This document shows, piece by piece, positions 51,526 to 64,000 of a stretch of 64,000 bases of DNA (positions are counted from its first letter, which is position 1; each line of letters starts with the position of its first letter). Under the pieces are notes generated by a model. That model saw only the letters and a program-made list of their open reading frames with translations, searched no databases and was not told the DNA's origin. Location: the NCBI GenBank assembly GCA_951406725.2, contig OX597839.1, forward strand, positions 17,174,001 through 17,238,000, written 5' to 3'. A program made the position numbers and the translations under genes. Source of the stretch: Octopus vulgaris. Taxonomy: Eukaryota.

Positions 51526-53236
51526 ATATATAGGGTTATTTCACCCTCTGGGATTTGTTGAATGAATTTTAAAACTAGTTTGTCAGAGGTGAATTTGTTG
51601 GTGCTGCTGTTTGGTACGCTATAGCCCTGTAAAGCTTAATTTTTTTAAAAGAAAAAAACAATATTCATTTAACAAATTTCACCAAAGATAGGGTGATATA
51701 GGTCTTCAAAGTAATTTTGTTTCATCATAACTGTCATCTATATAATTAAAACGTATGGAGTGAGAAACAAAAGCCGAGGTGTGTGAATTGTGAGAAATAT
51801 ATCTCGTCCACCTACGAAAAAGTTTTCGCCACAAATTCCGATGTAATCATAATCTACACCGCATAAAACATATTTAATTTATAGCAGTTAACTTTTACTT
51901 GTTTTGGTCACCTCGAAGAATTTAGTCGAACAATTCGGCCCCGATGTTTTTTTAAAGCTTGGTACTTAATCTATTAGTGTCTTTTGCCGAGCCCCAGGTT
52001 ACGAGGACGTCAACAAAGTAACACTGGTTGGGAAAACACACACACAGAAACACACACACACACAGCTATGTAGGTGTGTATATATATATCTGTAGAAAGT
52101 TTCATAAAAAATATCAGTTTTTCTGAAATTTATGAAGAAACGAAGTCGGTAGGGCGCAGTTGTGTAGATATGCCATATGTTTTACAGATCACTAATAAAA
52201 AACCTTTACTTCTACATGATTTTCTTTCTCTACGTTTCCCCACTGTCATGACCCCGAGTATTTCGTTATCTAATCCTTTCGATCAGAGCTATATCATATG
52301 TGCTGTACCAAAGAATCGAGGCCCCATCCTCCATTGAAATATTTTCGTATGGCCGCCTCCTCTTCTCTAGGGTATTCACGGGCCCATTCACATCTTTGGC
52401 CCGACACTGCAACATACATAGCGCCTACCTGAAGATGGTTTCCCCTTCTTCAACATCTCCCCGATTATGTTTAAACGTTACAACTTTCGTGACCGAACCA
52501 TCCAAAATCTTGTGATTTAATAGACGGAAACTGAAAGAATCCCATCGCGTGGGCGCGCGTGTGTATACATGTGTTTGTCTCCCGCTACCGCTCGACAACC
52601 GGTGTTGGTTTGTTTACAACTTATAGAATAAGTACCAGACTCAAGAAAATAGAATTGTGGTCAATTTGTTCGACTAAACCCTTCAAGGCAGTGCCTCAGC
52701 TTGTGTGTGTGTGAATCAAATGAGGTACTCCCTCCAAGAGCCGGATTTCAGCACAAGCTAAAGATTTAGTCTCACATCCAGATTTCGACCTCAAAATTAT
52801 TGAAAGTCATCTATCCGTTTCCAATTTTTGTGACAACTTCTGATAAAGTATTTTATCATGATTTGGGCAGCACCAAGCCTAAATCCAATCCAGACCCGGA
52901 TCCCGTCCTCTCTCTCTTTCCACATGATCACTCGACCTGTTAGAAATAGCGGCCAAATTCCCCGCAATTTACAATTCTGTCATCGTAAAAGGAGACACAC
53001 ATTGCTCAGTGTTGTCTGGAGTGCACAATACCAGAAAACACCTCCAAAATGAGGGTTGTTTATAGGTAAAACACCTTTACCTATAGGTGTTTTAATAAGG
53101 ACTAATCAACAGCAACAATAAACTCCAGTTTACATGTGTGTGTGTGTGTTTCGATTACCTGGACAATTTTATTCTGCTCCTACCACACCCTCGTCTTCAC
53201 CTTCTCAAACTCCTCACTACGATCTTTTTTATTCTA

Positions 53237-53551
53237 GCTGTGTGGTTAAAAAGCTCGCTTTGCCACCACGTGCTTTCGGGTTCAGTCCCCCTGCGCGGCA
53301 CCTTGAACAAGTGCCTTCTGTTAGAGACCTGGGGTGACCAAAAGCTTGTGAGTGAATTTGGTGGACAGAAGCTATGTGGAATCTCGTCGTGTGTGTGTCT
53401 ATGTTTTTCCTCTTCCCGTTTAACACTTGATGTTCGTTTGTTTACGTTCTCATAACTTAGCGATTCGGCAAAAAAGTGCTGGGATCGGTTTGTTCGACGA
53501 AAATCCTTCAGTTCGGCGACCCAGCATGGCCGCAGTCCAATGACTGAAACA
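53237..53551 (+). mobile_element. Diverged SINE family A (intronic)
   Basis: gctgtgtggtta...ggttcagtccc...ccagcatggccgcagtccaatgactgaaac. Confidence 0.8.
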
Positions 53552-53639
53552 AATGAAAACTAAAAGATGTATAATATTTAGTGAAGTCAAGTTAGAAATA
53601 GCAGCCAAATCTCTAAATTGAATACTGTAGTCACCGAGA

Positions 53640-53729
<90 letters not shown>

Positions 53730-53879
53730 CCTACCTGTCTGTCTGACTGTCTGTCTGCCTGCCTGCCTGTCTGTCTGTGTATGTATGTATATATGTATGT
53801 ATGTATGTATGTATGCATGCATGTACGTATATATATTCGTAAATAATACTAAACACTTTAAGGCGGTACCCTATACTGG

Positions 53880-54170
53880 GGAATAACCTTGAAATGTTCA
53901 GTCAGACAAATAGACCCCAGGACTTTTAGCGGCCTCCTCTGTAAAATCGCTAAGTTAGGGAACGTAAACAAAACAATACCGGTTGTCAAGCGGTGGTGTG
54001 GGACAAACAATACACACATGCACACATATGTATGTATGTATGTATGTTTTTACACGACGAGTTTCTTTCAATTTCCATGTACCAGGTCGGCCCGGGGCTG
54101 TTATAGAAACACTTGCCCTAGGTTCCACAGTGGTACTGAACCCAAGTCCACGTGGTTGGGGAGCAAGCAT
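53880..54170 (-). mobile_element. Diverged SINE family A (intronic)
   Basis: Reverse-orientation family A motifs. Confidence 0.7.
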
Positions 54171-54662
54171 ATATACATATATGAGGGCTGATATTAAACA
54201 CCAAAGTATATGAGGAAGGACCAACTGGGATACCGTGTTTTTGTTATTGAGCCCATGTGTACCCTGGTCGAGAAAAATAATCCAAGACATGACCATCGCG
54301 ACTTAATGTGTTTCGTGTACTTAACATTGTTGAATGTGCCCTCACGTTGTTAATATGACAAGGTTTTAAATTTGAAAATTTAGCTATGATTTCTAGCGCT
54401 TTATGTTACTGCACATATGTTCCCCAAGCGATGGTGGTGTAGTCTGGTGTATTTTATCAGCTGCTTTTATGGTACTTAATCTTTGGTTACTCCTCATTGA
54501 ACAGATTTAAAAGCCAAGACATTCTACCCGTGGCCATCGCCTTTTTTTTTTTTTAATTTGGACAGTATATAAGAACTATATCATCCAATGTCTATTTGTA
54601 ATTTTAAAATAAAACAAAAAACAGGGTGATTTGATTACTATTTCTAGCATATCAACTGACTA

Positions 54663-54874
54663 CGATGGGTTGCTGAAAAGTTCCTAGCTTTAAGGATGTC
54701 GCGAAAGGCCTGGCTGGAGGCCCATCCATCCGAGTTTTTTTAACAGGGCTTAGAAAAACTGAAGGATCGCTGCAATAAGTGAGTGAATTTGAGAGGGGAA
54801 TATGTTGAATAAAATCATAATTAACTGATCTTTTATTTTCTTTTAACCAAAGCCAGGAACTTTTCAGCACCTCG
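54663..54874 (+). mobile_element. Second copy of the mariner-derived MITE
   Basis: Colinear with 11428-11645; TA flanks. Confidence 0.85.
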
Positions 54875-54919
54875 TATGTATGTGCTCTGCTCATGATCCT
54901 CTCGGAGGGCTTGCGAAAG

Positions 54920-55300
54920 TCAAGAAGTTTACTTCTCAACTACATGGTTCTGGGTTCAGTCCCACTGTATGGGACCTTGGGCAATGTCTTCTACTATTGC
55001 CCCGGGCTGTAATAGAAGATATACTGAGAAGGCGTAGAGATATAGTGAGTGGATTTGATAGACGGAAATTCATGTAAGCCCGTCATGTGTGTGTAATGTG
55101 CGTTTATGTTTGTCTTCCCTTCACCGCTTAACAACCAGCGTTGGTTTGTTTACGTCTTTCGTAACAAACCGTTTTGGCAAAAGTGACAGCTATAATTAAG
55201 AATCAGCCTTTAAAAACATAAGTACCGGGCTCGATTTATTCGACCAAAACCCACCAAGACGGTGCCCCAGCATGGCTGAAATCCAATGACTGAAACAAGT
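54920..55300 (+). mobile_element. Diverged SINE family A (intronic)
   Basis: Family A motifs. Confidence 0.75.
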
Positions 55301-55688
55301 AAAACATAAATGCAAAGAAAAAATAATAATTAAAGAAACCAAAGCAGATTTAGGGTGTGATATGAGGAGACTTAGATGGCTATTTCTAGCAAATCAATGT
55401 TATTATAGATAGTCGCTCATTGGCTCATAATGGTGTGGTATGGTTTGGTGTAGTAATGTTGCTAAACGTTCAGACTGTGTATGTCTGACCTTATTGATGA
55501 GGTCGGAATCAATTTTGTGCAAACCCTCCACACACAAACTCACAAATACTTACACATACACGCACGGACATACACACAGACAAAAACTTAACGAGCCAAT
55601 CAATGAATGAGTCTTTTTACGTGGCTGTTATTTCTAGCAGTCGTTCGAAATGACAGACAAAATATTTTCCTCAAATCACTCTCTAACA

Positions 55689-55950
55689 CAATGGTTCTCA
55701 GCTATTTAATTTTTTTTGTTGCTTATAGACCCCTTTGATTCCTATTTTACTCGAGTGGACCCTCATAGCAATTCGATGTTTGAGAAATCCAAGTATATTT
55801 TTATAATTAAATATTGTTAGGAATTGTATTAAAAAATTGTTAAAATGTTTTGTGTATTGTAGAAGCATAGCCAATTCATTGCACATAAATTTTTACAAAA
55901 TCTTCTGTAGACCGCCAAAGGCCATATGGACGCCCAGTTGAGAACCACTG
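55689..55950. mobile_element. hAT-type MITE
   Basis: caatggttctca...ttgagaaccactg termini. Confidence 0.72.
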
Positions 55951-56362
55951 ATCTTACGTCTTGAAAAGGGAAGAAACAGTAGATTTATATGAAACCCAGA
56001 TGCTCTTTAGGTTTTGAGTTCAAATTCTGTCGGGATTAACTTTGCCTTTCATCCTTTCGGGTTCGAGAAAAATGTGTACCATTAAAAACTTCAGGCCTTC
56101 ATTATGTTCTGCTGCATCATCGGGAGCGAAGTGTGTGCTTGTGTGTTTGGCGGGGTTTAAATGTCGTTTAGCACTCGGGTCAACCCTGATCAAGCAAAGC
56201 AGACCATTTTTATTTTCAGATATAGTAGTGTGTCTGAGCCTACATTATCCAGTCTGTTTTTTTTTTTATTATTTTGAAGAGAGCAGGGTGTGTGTGGTTT
56301 GAGAGTAATTTGGTTGTTATTTTTCGCAAATCAAATGACCTTATACAGTATCTCTCTCTCCT

Positions 56363-56397
<35 letters not shown>

Positions 56398-57501
56398 TAG
56401 TTCGTCTGAGTGTAGGTAGTGGTTCTGGTGGTGGTGACCATTATGATTGAGAAAACAGTAGACTTTGTTGCTTATCTCAAGCTCAAAACCTGATCGAGCA
56501 GACCTATATTCAAAGGTATTCCAACTGTGACCATTCCGTGAATAGTCCTCTTTGTATTTTATTTTATTTTTCTAAGGCGGGAAATTGTGTAATTTTAGAG
56601 AAAATTGGCTGCTATTTCTAGGAGGACCTGTAAACCACGTCGAGAAGACTTTGTCTTTGTCTCGTCTTTTTGAGGCGGAAGGACGTGGAATTTGAGAGTA
56701 ATTGGTTGCTATTTCTAGGAAAACGAATGACTACATTGAAACGTGTTTCTCAATATCGCGTCTCCATGTGTTGGTGATGATGATGGCGAGGACGGTAAAG
56801 TATTTTTCTCGCCCTCACACACACACACACACACATATATATACACACACATATATATATAATATATATATATATATGTATAGTTTCAGGTTTGAAATGT
56901 GAGTGAATGTATGTATTTATATACCAAGACACGAAGTATGTACTTCAAAAAAACACCAAGCAGCGCCGGTTAGCAACACAACGCTTCTTAGCATTGGCAT
57001 TTCTGCAGGAATATCATTCCTATCGCTGATTCTTTTATTATATATATATAGTTTTCTTTACGTCGTCCGTCTGCTTGTCTGTCTGTCTATCAGTAGTAGT
57101 TGCTTGGTCAACTTTGAGCTTACCCACGATGATGATGACGACGACGATGATGTGTGGCGGTCTTAATTCGTCGTCGCCCTGTTTATCACCACCACCTCCT
57201 TTTAGCAGAACCCCTCCCCACTACTTTCTTGCAAGTACTAGTAGTTGTAACAGTTGCTTAATTTCCCTACCACCACCACCACCACCACCACCAACTATGA
57301 TGGTGATGATAATGGTGATGTGCAGCAGACTTAATTCGTCGCCAGGTTTTATCCCCGCCACTACTTTTTTGCAAGTAGTAATAATAGTAATATTAGTGGT
57401 AGTGATAGTAGTTGTTGCTTGGTTCCTCATCACTACCAGGGTCATCGCTGCTGGAGTAGACTATGATGATGGTGATGATGAAAATAACTGTTTAATTTTC
57501 T

Positions 57502-57645
57502 CATGGGCAAACTGCGATCCGCGGGACTTTCATTCAGAATGGAACACTAACGAAAAATTATTTCAAATTTTTTTAGTAGTGCGGCCCCCTGATGATGAGT
57601 CACATTTCGAGCGGCCCGATTCTCGAAAAAGGTTGCCCATGCCTT
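57502..57645. mobile_element. Short hAT-type MITE
   Basis: catgggcaaac...ggttgcccatg termini with internal gcggccc repeats. Confidence 0.6.
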
Positions 57646-57856
57646 GTCTAGTAAACATTAGTTTATCCGTCGGCCCCGTTTAGCACCAATGCCACCTTTT
57701 CGTAGACAAGAATTCGCAACCCACCATTCATTCTCTTTGAATGCAAGCATTCAGGTTTCAAACCTCCGAATTTGGTGGGAAACTTCAGCTCTCGACCCAC
57801 CCTCTCCTCTCCACACCAGTCTCAGAAACCCCTCTTTGTCAAATGAAGCTATATAA

Positions 57857-57917
<61 letters not shown>

Positions 57918-58157
57918 CGGTCTATCTATGACCGTGCCGACTCTCTCATATGCGTAAGAAACACATAGTAATACGAGAAGGTACGATTTGAAACAGATTT
58001 AGCTACTATTTCTAGTAGGTCGAGTGACCGTTTATGGATACCTTCATTGGTGTAGTCGCTCGACGTTCTAGAAATAGCAGCCAAATCTCTCTCAAATTGC
58101 GATCTACTACTTTACACAAGATAAAACACATTTTATAATGTAGTTGTCCTAAGTATA

Positions 58158-58537
58158 GGCGCAGGTGTGACTGCGTGGTAAGATGTTTGCTTCTCAACCA
58201 CATGGTTTCAGGTTCAGTCTCACGACCGGACTCCTTGAGTAAGTGTCTTCTTGGGCTGAATAACTCCTTGTGAGTGGATTTGGTTGATGGAAACTGAAAG
58301 AAGCCCATCGCGTGCCTATATATATATATATATATATATCTCCATGTCTGTGTTTATCCCCCTCCCACCGCTTGATAATCGGCGTTGCTTTGTTTATGTC
58401 CCCGTGTCTTAGCGGTTCACCAAAAGAGTGCATTAGAATAAATACTAGACTATAAGACAATCAGCAATGGGGTCGATTTGTTCATCTAAACCCCTAAGGT
58501 GGTACTCCAGCATGGTTGCAGTCCAATGACTGAAACA
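58158..58537 (+). mobile_element. SINE family A (intronic)
   Basis: ggcgcaggtgtgactgcgtggtaag head through the 3' end. Confidence 0.82.
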
Positions 58538-60448
58538 ATTGAAAAATAGAAAGATACAGCCTGTTAAGAGAATTGGGTTTTCGAACCCAGAACGCGTTTA
58601 CTCATAGGTTGGTTTGAACATTATAAAAAAACAAAAACTCATAGGTTGGTTTGAACATTATAAAAAAACAAAAAAACAAACCCCAAACCTACAAAACGAA
58701 CAGCAGCAACAATCTTCGATTCGTGTCTGTGGAGGGTTTTCTGTGTGCAGATGTATGTCTGTGTGTGCGTATATGTCTGTGTGCACATGTATAGCAGCGG
58801 GCTGTCTGTGTATTATTGTATGTAAACGTCCACGTAAACCGTGTGCATTAAAGCGTGCAGACGTGTGCACACGTGTAGAGTTTAAATTCGCTAGCATATT
58901 AGATGGGTGAAGCGATGTGTTATAAACTTTTACTGATGTTATTCTGTTGCTAGTCAATATGAACAGTGGAGCTCTTATGTAGTCGAAAGATAGGCTAGAA
59001 ATAACAGCAAAATCTCTCCATCAAATCATACGTACAATTTTAATTTAGAAAAGGACATTGTCAGCGTTGTACAACTAGATAGTGTTTTTTTTTTAACTTC
59101 CATTTTTTTCCATATCATAAAAGCATTAACTGTATTGGGCTCACGATCATATGGTCTGAGGTTCGATTCCTGGACCGAGCGACGCTTTGTGTGTTTTTCT
59201 TCTTTTTTTTTCCTCTCAGCTGTATACATCATTTCACGTTGCTCCAGTCTACTCAACTTGAATAAGCACCACGCTGTTTCAGTTTATTTCGAAAATAATG
59301 AAGAATTTTGTAAAACAACGTTATCATTAAGCTGATGTTTGGAACTTAAATTTACATACGATTTTAATGGAACCTTTTAGTTCAGATAGCTTAAAGGCAG
59401 GAATTTTGTATCATGGAACCAGAGGCGGCCTCAGACGGGTTGGTATTCAAAAGTGGTGTTAAATCCTTATTGTTCTGCCGGTTGAAAAGGGGGTGGAGAA
59501 AGAGGGAGAGAGAGAGGGTTGCCTGTCTGCTCCCGACTACATAGGTACCTAACGCAATTAGCGAACGCGGTTCTGAGTCAAACTTGCGTGTGAGTGACGT
59601 GGTTTTTATTCTTTAAGATGGGTTCCATCATTAGGTTACGGCTACGGTGGGGCACCGCTTTCAATTGTTTTTAGTTGATTATGGCGACTCTACTTCTATA
59701 TTTTACTGATTGGCTAAGTTAAAAGTTGAATTTCATCAACTTTGGTCTTCCTTCAAATGACGTTAATGTATCGAACGCATTGAAACACACGGTCCCATAT
59801 ATATATATATCGCATCTACACGTGTATATGTTGCACCCCAGTTTTTTATAGTTAAAACCACGTATGAAATGGTGCTAGTTATAAGCGAGTAAAATCTGTG
59901 TGTGCGTTCTTACCTTGTGAAGAACACACGGTGGAGGTTCATGAGAGGAAGCTTACCAAATATCAGGAGTTGGTAGAGTAATGCAGGAACAAAGGTTAAA
60001 ATGCACGTTGATAGGCAACAGAAATGAGTTGCGAAGGTTTTTGTGGGGCTTTCCTTCTGGAAAGCTCTGACTGAGCTTGGAGCTACTGGTGCAACTAAGA
60101 TGAGGACCATTACTGTAGTTGCAGAGAAGGCCGCTAGATGGTTTTTGGATAAAGAGTGCATATCAGCTGCTACTTAATCAACCCCGGTTGGGTCAACTAG
60201 GCGAGAAATGTCTATGTGGGAAGACCTGAAACCCTGTTGAGTCCCTAGAAACATCGCTGATGATATATCTCTGAGCATCAATGAGATGTTTCTTGGAACT
60301 TTGTATGTATGTAATGTGTGTATGAATGAATATAGTTGCCAGGCACAAGTCCGGGCAAGGTTGTTTTTTATGAAATACCAGCAGTCACCCATGCATACCG
60401 GCCTCCCCTCTCCACGCCACCAATATTATCCAAGGGAAAGGCAAAGGA

Positions 60449-60483
<35 letters not shown>

Positions 60484-60490
<7 letters not shown>

Positions 60491-60960
60491 AAATACGTTC
60501 TATCTGTCTGTGTGTGTGTCTTCTAGGATCTCGGGCATCCTCCATCCGATTACACTGAAATTTGATATGTAGATACCGACAGTATCAGGGCGTGTATAAG
60601 TCTTGAAAAAAGTACAAAAATCGATTCCAGGTGAGAATGCGATCGATAAAGCCGTGGGAACGTGCATTTGTAAGCGCAAGTACATCAGCTGTTGCGATCG
60701 ATCTACGCGTACGCGAGAAAAATGCACGTGCAGTTTGCGCAAAAAAGCCGGCTGGCTTGAATTACTGCCACATATTGCTGTACATAACTGCACCTTCCAT
60801 TTTTTGTTGTTTTTGTACTACTTAAAGGCACGTTTCTTTCCTGCCAAGCTTACTGTTTAAACCATGTTTGTGTTCTCCCAGTCAACAGCCTTATCATTAC
60901 TGGTACTTTAAACTCTTCGGTTGCATATTTGTGTGAATAAAATCGTTTTTCTTTGGAATA
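60484..60960 (+). mobile_element. Possible Helitron-like non-autonomous fragment
   Basis: tatataaaa...tctgtctgtgtg...ccgattacactgaaatttg resembles the 5' organisation of the 35-kb Helitron. Confidence 0.4.
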
Positions 60961-61404
60961 GAAAAAAAGTCTATCTTTATTTCTTCTTTTGCTGGTGTCT
61001 CAAATTAAGGTTAAATCAGTGTTTCTCAAAGGGGAGGCCTATGGGACAGTTGGACAAGTTGTTTTGAGAAAATTTGGTATAAATGTTTGACAACTCAGCA
61101 CGTCCATTGGACGGGGGGCGTTTTGCTCGTATATATATATATATATACATGCTTATATGTATGCTGTACATCTCTGCCTCTCTCTATATATAAATGTGTG
61201 TGTGTGTATATATGTATGTATATATATGTATGTGTAGCCATTACACATTCTTTATTTTCTCTCCTTGTTTCTTTCTGTGTTCTTTTCTGTGGAAGAGCGT
61301 AGGCTCGAAACGTTAAAGACTTTTTCACTTCGCGAGCGTTATACTAATACATCTGTTTCTACACTAACGGTCTTCGTCTTTTTTTTTTTTGTGAATTCTC
61401 CCCT

Positions 61405-61445
61405 ATGTATGCATAAATATCTATGTATATATGCCTGTATATATG

Positions 61446-61478
<33 letters not shown>

Positions 61479-61914
61479 ATATGTATATATATTTAGGTGC
61501 ATATATGTATATAGATATGTATGTATATATATGTATATGTGTATATATATTTATATGTATATATGTATGCATATATATATGTATATATATATATATGTTT
61601 ATATATATACGTATATATATGTATGTGTATATATGTGTATGTGCATATATATGTGTATATATGTATGTATATATGTGTATATATGTATGTATATATGTAT
61701 ATGTATATAAATATGTGTATATATATATATGTATATGTATATATATATATGTGTATATATGTATATATATATGTGTGTATATATGTATATATATGTGTGT
61801 GTGTATATATATATATATGTATATATATATGTATATTTCTGTATGTATATATATATATGCTTATGTATATATACGTATATATGTATATATATATATATAT
61901 GTTTATGCATATAT

Positions 61915-61954
<40 letters not shown>

Positions 61955-62015
61955 GCGTGTATGTGTGTGTATGTATGCATATGTATATATATGTATGTAT
62001 ATGTATGTATGTATG

Positions 62016-62066
<51 letters not shown>

Positions 62067-62097
62067 ATGTTTCTATGTATATATTAGTATATATATG

Positions 62098-62134
<37 letters not shown>

Positions 62135-62324
62135 GTAAGCATATATATATATGTAAGTATATATATATATGTATGTATATATGTATGTATGCATATATAT
62201 ATGTATGTATATATATGTAAGCATATATATATGTATGTATATATATATGTATGTATATATATATATGTATGCATATATATATGTATGTATATATATGTAT
62301 ATATATACATATATATATTGTATG

Positions 62325-62358
<34 letters not shown>

Positions 62359-63269
62359 CATATATATATGTATATATATGTATATATATACATATATATA
62401 TGTATGTATATATATATTTATGTATGTCGCATGGCTCAGTGGTTAGAGCGTCGAGCTTACGATCGTGAAGTTGTGAGATCGAATCCCGGACCGGGCTGCG
62501 TGTTGTGTTCTTGAGCAAGGCACTTTATTTCACGTTGCTCCAGTTCACTCAGCTGTAGAAATGAGTTGCGACGTCACTGGTGCCAAGCTGTATCGACCTT
62601 TGTCTTTCCCTTGGATAACACTGGTGGCGTGGAGAGGGGAGGCTGGTATGCATGGGCGACTGCTGGTCTTCCATAAACAACCTTGCCCGGACTTGTGTCT
62701 AGGAGGGTAACTTTCTAGGTGCAATCCCATGGTCATTCATGACCGAAGGGGGTCTTTACCTTATATATATATATATGTATGTATGTATATATATATGTAT
62801 GTATGTATATATATGTATGTATATATAAGTATGTATATATATATATATGCATGTATATATATATGCTTATGTATATATGTATGTATATATAATATGCTTA
62901 TGTATATATGTATGTATATATAATATGCTTATGTATATATATATATGAAAATATATGTATGTTTCTATATATGTTTATGCATATATGTATGTGTAGATAT
63001 ATATATATATATATATATATGAATGTATACATATATATATATATGTTTGTATGTGTATGTATTTATATGTATTTATATGTATGTATATATATGTATGTAT
63101 ATGTATGTATATATATGTATGTATGTATATGTATGTATATATATGTATGTATGTATATGTATGTATATATATGTATGTATGTATATGTATGTATATATAT
63201 GTATGTATGTATATATATATATATATGTATGTATGTATTTATATGTATGTCTATATATGTATGTATGTG

Positions 63270-63308
<39 letters not shown>

Positions 63309-63425
63309 GTGTATGTATGTATATATATGTATGTATGTATATATATATATATGTATATATATATGTATATATATGTATGTATGTATATATATGTATGTAT
63401 GTATATATATGTATGTATGTATATG

Positions 63426-63488
<63 letters not shown>

Positions 63489-63507
63489 GTGTATATATAT
63501 ATATATG

Positions 63508-63538
<31 letters not shown>

Positions 63539-63797
63539 GTGTATATATATATATATGTATATATATGTACGCATATATATGTATGTATATATATGTCTGT
63601 ATGCATATATATGTATGTGTATATATATATATATATATGTATGTATATATATATGTATTTGTATATATATCTTTATATGTATGTGTGTATATATATATGC
63701 ATCTATATATGTATTTGTATATATATCTTTATATGTATGTGTGTGTATATATATATATATGCATCTATGTATGTATATGCATATACATGTGTGTATT

Positions 63798-63828
<31 letters not shown>

Positions 63829-63900
63829 GTATGTATATGTATGTATATATACCTGTTAGTATGTACGTATATGTTTACACGTATAGACATGGCGTGTATG
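61405..63900. repeat. ~2.5-kb (TA)/(TATG)n tract interrupted by SINE C
   Basis: Seen directly. Confidence 0.95.
62426..62758 (+). mobile_element. tRNA-derived SINE family C, full length
   Basis: A box TGGCTCAGTGG, B-box-like GATCGAATCCC, central gtgttcttgagcaaggcactttatttcac, and a 3' half shared with 9060-9230. Confidence 0.88.
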
Positions 63901-64000
63901 TATATGTTTCGACGTGCACATACATTTTTGCACTATCATATGTGTATATATTTATATATGTCTGTTGTTGATGTCATAAGAAATGAAAAACTTTGAGAGA

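Larger units (their letters stand above)
48988..64000 (+). other. FoxJ2/3 intron (at least 15 kb; next exon not found in the window)
   Basis: Donor GTAAGT at 48988. The expected continuation NSIRHNLSLNKCF is not in the ORF track and I did not find it by eye. Confidence 0.7.

Noticed and set aside
57590-57630. CTGATGA...GAAA hammerhead candidate
   Set aside because: No convincing stems I and III, and it lies within a hAT-type MITE.
58600-58672. 37-bp tandem duplication (a similar one is at 21095-21158)
   Set aside because: Ordinary local slippage duplication with no sign of function.
59900-60300. Possible ancient LINE RT remnant on the minus strand (QQGFRSSH)
   Set aside because: Only one weak motif; it needs BLASTx and cannot be supported by eye.
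62426-62500. tRNA gene
   Set aside because: The A and B boxes run directly into a multicopy SINE body, and no complete cloverleaf is evident.
61265-63996. Long Tyr/Ile/Met/Cys ORFs
   Set aside because: Translation of (TA)/(TATG)n microsatellites.

Overview
Repeat-rich, AT-rich animal genomic DNA. The SINE families and microsatellite load suggest an octopod cephalopod (inference). One clear host gene is present: the first coding exon of a FoxJ2/3 forkhead transcription factor (48223-48987, +), followed by an intron that appears to run past the window end. The rest is mostly mobile DNA. It includes three tRNA-derived SINE families, about 12 copies of a ~410-bp GGATC-terminated MITE with 8-bp TSDs and internal telomeric repeats, mariner, hAT and Helitron derivatives, a Penelope remnant, L1/Tx1 LINE 3' ends and long microsatellite tracts. 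Nearly all ORFs in the supplied track are microsatellite artefacts. The most notable signals are two apparent locally templated insertions into transposons, a SINE tail shared with a Tx1-like LINE plus a SINE-LINE chimera, hammerhead-ribozyme-like motifs, and a uORF chain ending in an in-frame UAG-UAG upstream of FoxJ2/3. All alignments were made by eye, and SINE and remnant boundaries are approximate.
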